From assembly GCA_030390025.1 (NCBI GenBank), contig CM059432.1, positions 127,040,001 through 127,104,000 on the forward strand: DNA of 64,000 nt. The letters run 5' to 3'. A program made the position numbers and the translations under genes. This DNA comes from Squalus acanthias (Eukaryota). The notes under the pieces were generated by a model that searched no databases, was not told the DNA's origin, and saw only the letters and a list, made by a program, of their open reading frames with translations. Positions 60,517-64,000 of this stretch are shown here, piece after piece (the first letter of the stretch is position 1; every line of letters starts with the position of its first letter).

Positions 60517-63500
60517 TTGCGTAGTGGTTATGTTACTGGACTAGTAATCCAGAGGCCTGGACTAATTAATCCAGCACAACTTCAAATCCCACCAGGGCAG
60601 TTGTAAAATTGAATTCAGTTAAAAAAAAAGCTAAACAAGCCCAGAATAAAAGGCTGGTATCAGCTGTCAGATTGTCATAAAAACCCAACTGGTTCACGAA
60701 TATCCTTTAGGGAAGGAAACTTGTCATCCTTACCTGATCTATGTCAACGTTGCTAACTCTTAACTGCCCTTTGAAATGCCATAGCAAGCCACTCAGTTGT
60801 ATCAAACCGCTACCAAAAAATGGATAAGAATAAAATCTGATGGATGCGACCTAGGCAAGGACGTGACGAAAGCACAACCAGCCCAGTCAACCCTGCAAAG
60901 TCCTCTTCACCAATATCTGAGGACTGGTGCAAAAATTGGGAGAGCTGTCCCACAGACTAGTTAAGCAGTCATACTCACAGAATCATACCCATCAGCCAAC
61001 ATCTCAGACTCCCCCATCATCACCCCTATCCCACCAGCAGGACAGACCCACCAAAGTTGGGGGGGGAACAGTGGTATACAGTTGGGTGGGAGCAGCCCTG
61101 GGTGTCCTCAACATTAACCCCATAAAGTCTCACGGCTTAAGATCAAACATAGGCAAGGAAAACTCCTATTGATTATCACCTACTTCCCTCCCTCAGCTGA
61201 TGAATCAGTATTCCTCTCCACTTGGAGAAAGCACCGGGGGGGGGGGAAAGCAAGGACACAGAATATATTCTGGGTGGGGGCTTCAATGCCCATCACCAAG
61301 AGTGGCTCAGTAGCATCACCACTGACCAAGCTGAAGGACATAGCTGCCAGACTGGGATTGCAGCAAGAGAGATAACCAACAGGAGGAATAACCTACTTGA
61401 CCTCATCCTCACCAATCTACCCATCGCAGATGCATCAATCCATGACAGTATTTGCAGGAGTGACCACCGCACAGTCCTTGTGGAGACAAAGTCCCATCCA
61501 CACGGAGGACACCCGCCATCATATTGTGTGGTACTACCCGTTCAAAAAAGGGGAGAAGAATAAGCCTGGTACTACAGACTAATCAGTCTAATGTCAGTAG
61601 TGGAAAAGCGACTAGAGACCATCGTTGAGGACAAAATTAAATCTAACTTAAGAGAAGTATGGGTTAATAAGGGATAGCCAGCACAGATTTGTTAAAGGCA
61701 AATTGTGTCTGACTAACCTGCTTGAGTTATTTGATGAAGTAACAGAGTGGGTTGATGATGATAGTGCAGTAGATGCAGGTAGTGCAGTAGATGCATATAT
61801 GGAATTTCAAAATGCATTTGATGAAGTACCACATAACAGACTTATTCAGAAAAAAGCACATGATATTAAAGGAATGGTGGTAACTTGGGTACACAATTGG
61901 CTAAGGGATAGGAGGCAGAGAGTAGTGGCGAATGGATATTTTTCTGACTGGAGATAAGTATGCAGTGGAGTCCCCCAGAGGTCAGTATTAGGGCCATTGC
62001 TTTTATTGTTATATATAAATGACACTGACGTGGGTATAGGGAGTACAATTCTGAAGTTTCCGGATAATACGAAATTTGGCAACGTAGTAACTACCAGGAT
62101 GATGGACTTCAGTTATGTGGAGAGATTGGGAAACTGAGATTATTCTTAGAGCAGAAAAGGATAAGCGGAGACCTAATAGGAGGTATTCAAAATTATGAGA
62201 GGTTTTGATAGAGCAAGTAGGGAGAAACTGTTTCCTTTGGCAAGTGGGTCGGTAACCTGAGGTCATAGATTTAAAATAATTGGCAAAAGAACTAGAGAGG
62301 AAATGAGGAGAATTTTTTTTCCACACAGAGGGTTGTTAAGATCTGGAACGCACGACCTGAAAGGGTGGTGGAATCAGATTCCCTGGGAACTTTCAAAAGA
62401 CAATTGGACATAAACTTGAAGTGGACTAATTTGCAGGGTTATGGGGAAAAGCTGGGATGTGGGATCAAATTGGACAGCTCTTTCAAAGAACAGGCACAAC
62501 AGGCTAAATGGGCTCCCTTCTATGATTCTACCACCTTGCCAAGTGGTATAGATGAACAGATCTAGCAGCTCAAAACTTGGCATCCATGTAGCACTGTGGG
62601 CCTTCAGCAGTATTGTATTCCACCACAAACTGTAACCTCATGGCCCAGCATATCCCTCACTCCTCCATCACCATCAAACAAGATGACCAATCCTGGTTCA
62701 ATGAGGAGTGTAGAAGAGCATGCCAGGAGCAGTACCTGGCATACCTGAAAATTAGGTGCTAACCTGGTGAAGCTACAACACAGGACTACATGCATGCTAA
62801 ACAGCGGAAGCAGCATGCTATAGATAGCCAAGCGATCCCACAACCAACGGATCAGGTCAAAGCTCTGCAGTCCTGTCACATCGTGGTGGACAGTCAAGCA
62901 ACTAATGGGAGGAGGAGGCCCCATTCTCAATTATGGCAGAGCCCAGCACGTGAGTGCAAAAGACAAGGTTGAAGCGTTTGCAACCATCTTCATCCAGGTG
63001 TGCCGAGTGGATAATCTTTCTCATCCTCCTCCTGATGTCCACATCATCAGAAATGTCAGTCTTCAACCAATTTGATTCACTCCACGTGACATCAAGCTAT
63101 GGCTGGACACAGCAAAGGCTACAGGCTCCGACAACAGCCCAGCTGTAGTGCTGAAAACTTGTGCTCCAGAACCAGCCTCGCCTCTAGCCAAGCTGTTCCA
63201 GTACAGCTACAGCACTGGCATCTACTCAACAATGTGGAACATTGCTCAGGTATGTCCTTTCACAAAAAGCAGGACAATTACTGGCTTATCAGTTTACTCC
63301 CAATCATCATCAAATTGATGGAAGGAGTCATCATCTGTGCTATCAAGGCACATTTACTCACTGGTCCTGGTGGAACCCAAACTGAGCATCATTCAGCTCC
63401 AGACCCCATTACAGGAAACTCTCTTTTAACCGGCACCCAAATAACCGGAAATCTCTCTTAACCGGCAAAATTCTTGAGTAGGTAACCGGGGTTTTCCTTC

Positions 63501-64000
63501 ATCTCTCCTTTAAAAAAACCCCGAGGCATTTGCCTTGTATCGGAGCATGTAGATTGGGAGGGGAATGTGCAGCCCGGGTAGGCAGCGGACACGACAGATG
63601 GTCAGCTGGCGGTCCCCGGGGAGACGGAGCTCCGAATGCAGGCGCATGTCAGTGTGTACGGGGCTCTCGTACGTTGGGAGATATAACTCTCCGTTATCCG
63701 GACTTTTTGATTAACCGGCACCACGCCGGTCCTGTCGGTGCCGGTTAATAAAGAGTTTCCTGTACAACCTTGGTCCAAACATGGGAAAAAAAAGAGTTGA
63801 ATTCCTGAGGTGAGAGTGACTGCCCTTGATATCAAGGCAGCACTCAACCGAGTGTGGCACCAAGGGGCTCCAGTAAAACTGAAGTCAATGGGGATCAGGG
63901 GGAAAACTCTCCAGTGGCTGGAGCCATACTTAGCACAAAGGAAGATGGTTGTGGTTGTTGGAGCCACAGAATATCACTGCAGTTCCTAAGGGTGTATCCT
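60517..64000 (+). mobile_element. Decayed LINE with a tRNA-like 5' head, interrupted by a CR1 (about 61540-62530) and a MITE
   Basis: tagtgg and ttcaaatcc boxes, then endonuclease (GGFNAHHQEWL, LDLILTN, SDH) and RT (ISLLPII.K.ME, ALDIKAA) motifs. Confidence 0.7.
63412..63762. mobile_element. Tc1/mariner (pogo/Tigger-like) MITE, 351 bp
   Basis: 25-bp TIR CAGGAAACTCTYTWTTAACCGGCAC with 2 mismatches, TA TSD, subterminal TAACCGG repeats. Confidence 0.88.

Noticed and set aside
63480..63745. CpG-rich stretch as AZIN1 promoter or exon 1
   Set aside because: Lies wholly within a TIR-bounded MITE and lacks the uORF N-terminus

Overview
Eukaryotic, repeat-dense genomic DNA. The repeat content (abundant CR1 LINEs, Penelope-like tails, Deu-type and LF-type SINEs) suggests a cartilaginous fish, which is an inference. 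The window holds one protein-coding gene, AZIN1 (antizyme inhibitor 1, an ornithine decarboxylase-like pseudoenzyme), on the minus strand. I traced ten coding exons by hand (39109 to 9370, 1383 nt, 460 aa, all GT-AG introns, consistent phases). An upstream leader exon (41514-41654) encodes the C-terminal part of the AZIN1 regulatory uORF ending EPPWDPS*; this is invisible in the ORF track. The first exon, which should carry the non-AUG start, was not found. Nearly all other ORFs in the track are decayed CR1 fragments. Other highlights: minimal hammerhead-ribozyme motifs in Penelope-like inserts, one intact on the AZIN1 sense strand at the centre of a perfect 81-bp-arm palindrome; a candidate PTC-introducing alternative acceptor upstream of coding exon 4; retention of several ODC active-site residues; a tRNA-headed LINE; a solo LTR; Harbinger- and Tigger-like MITEs. 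Repeat boundaries without a stated TSD are approximate.
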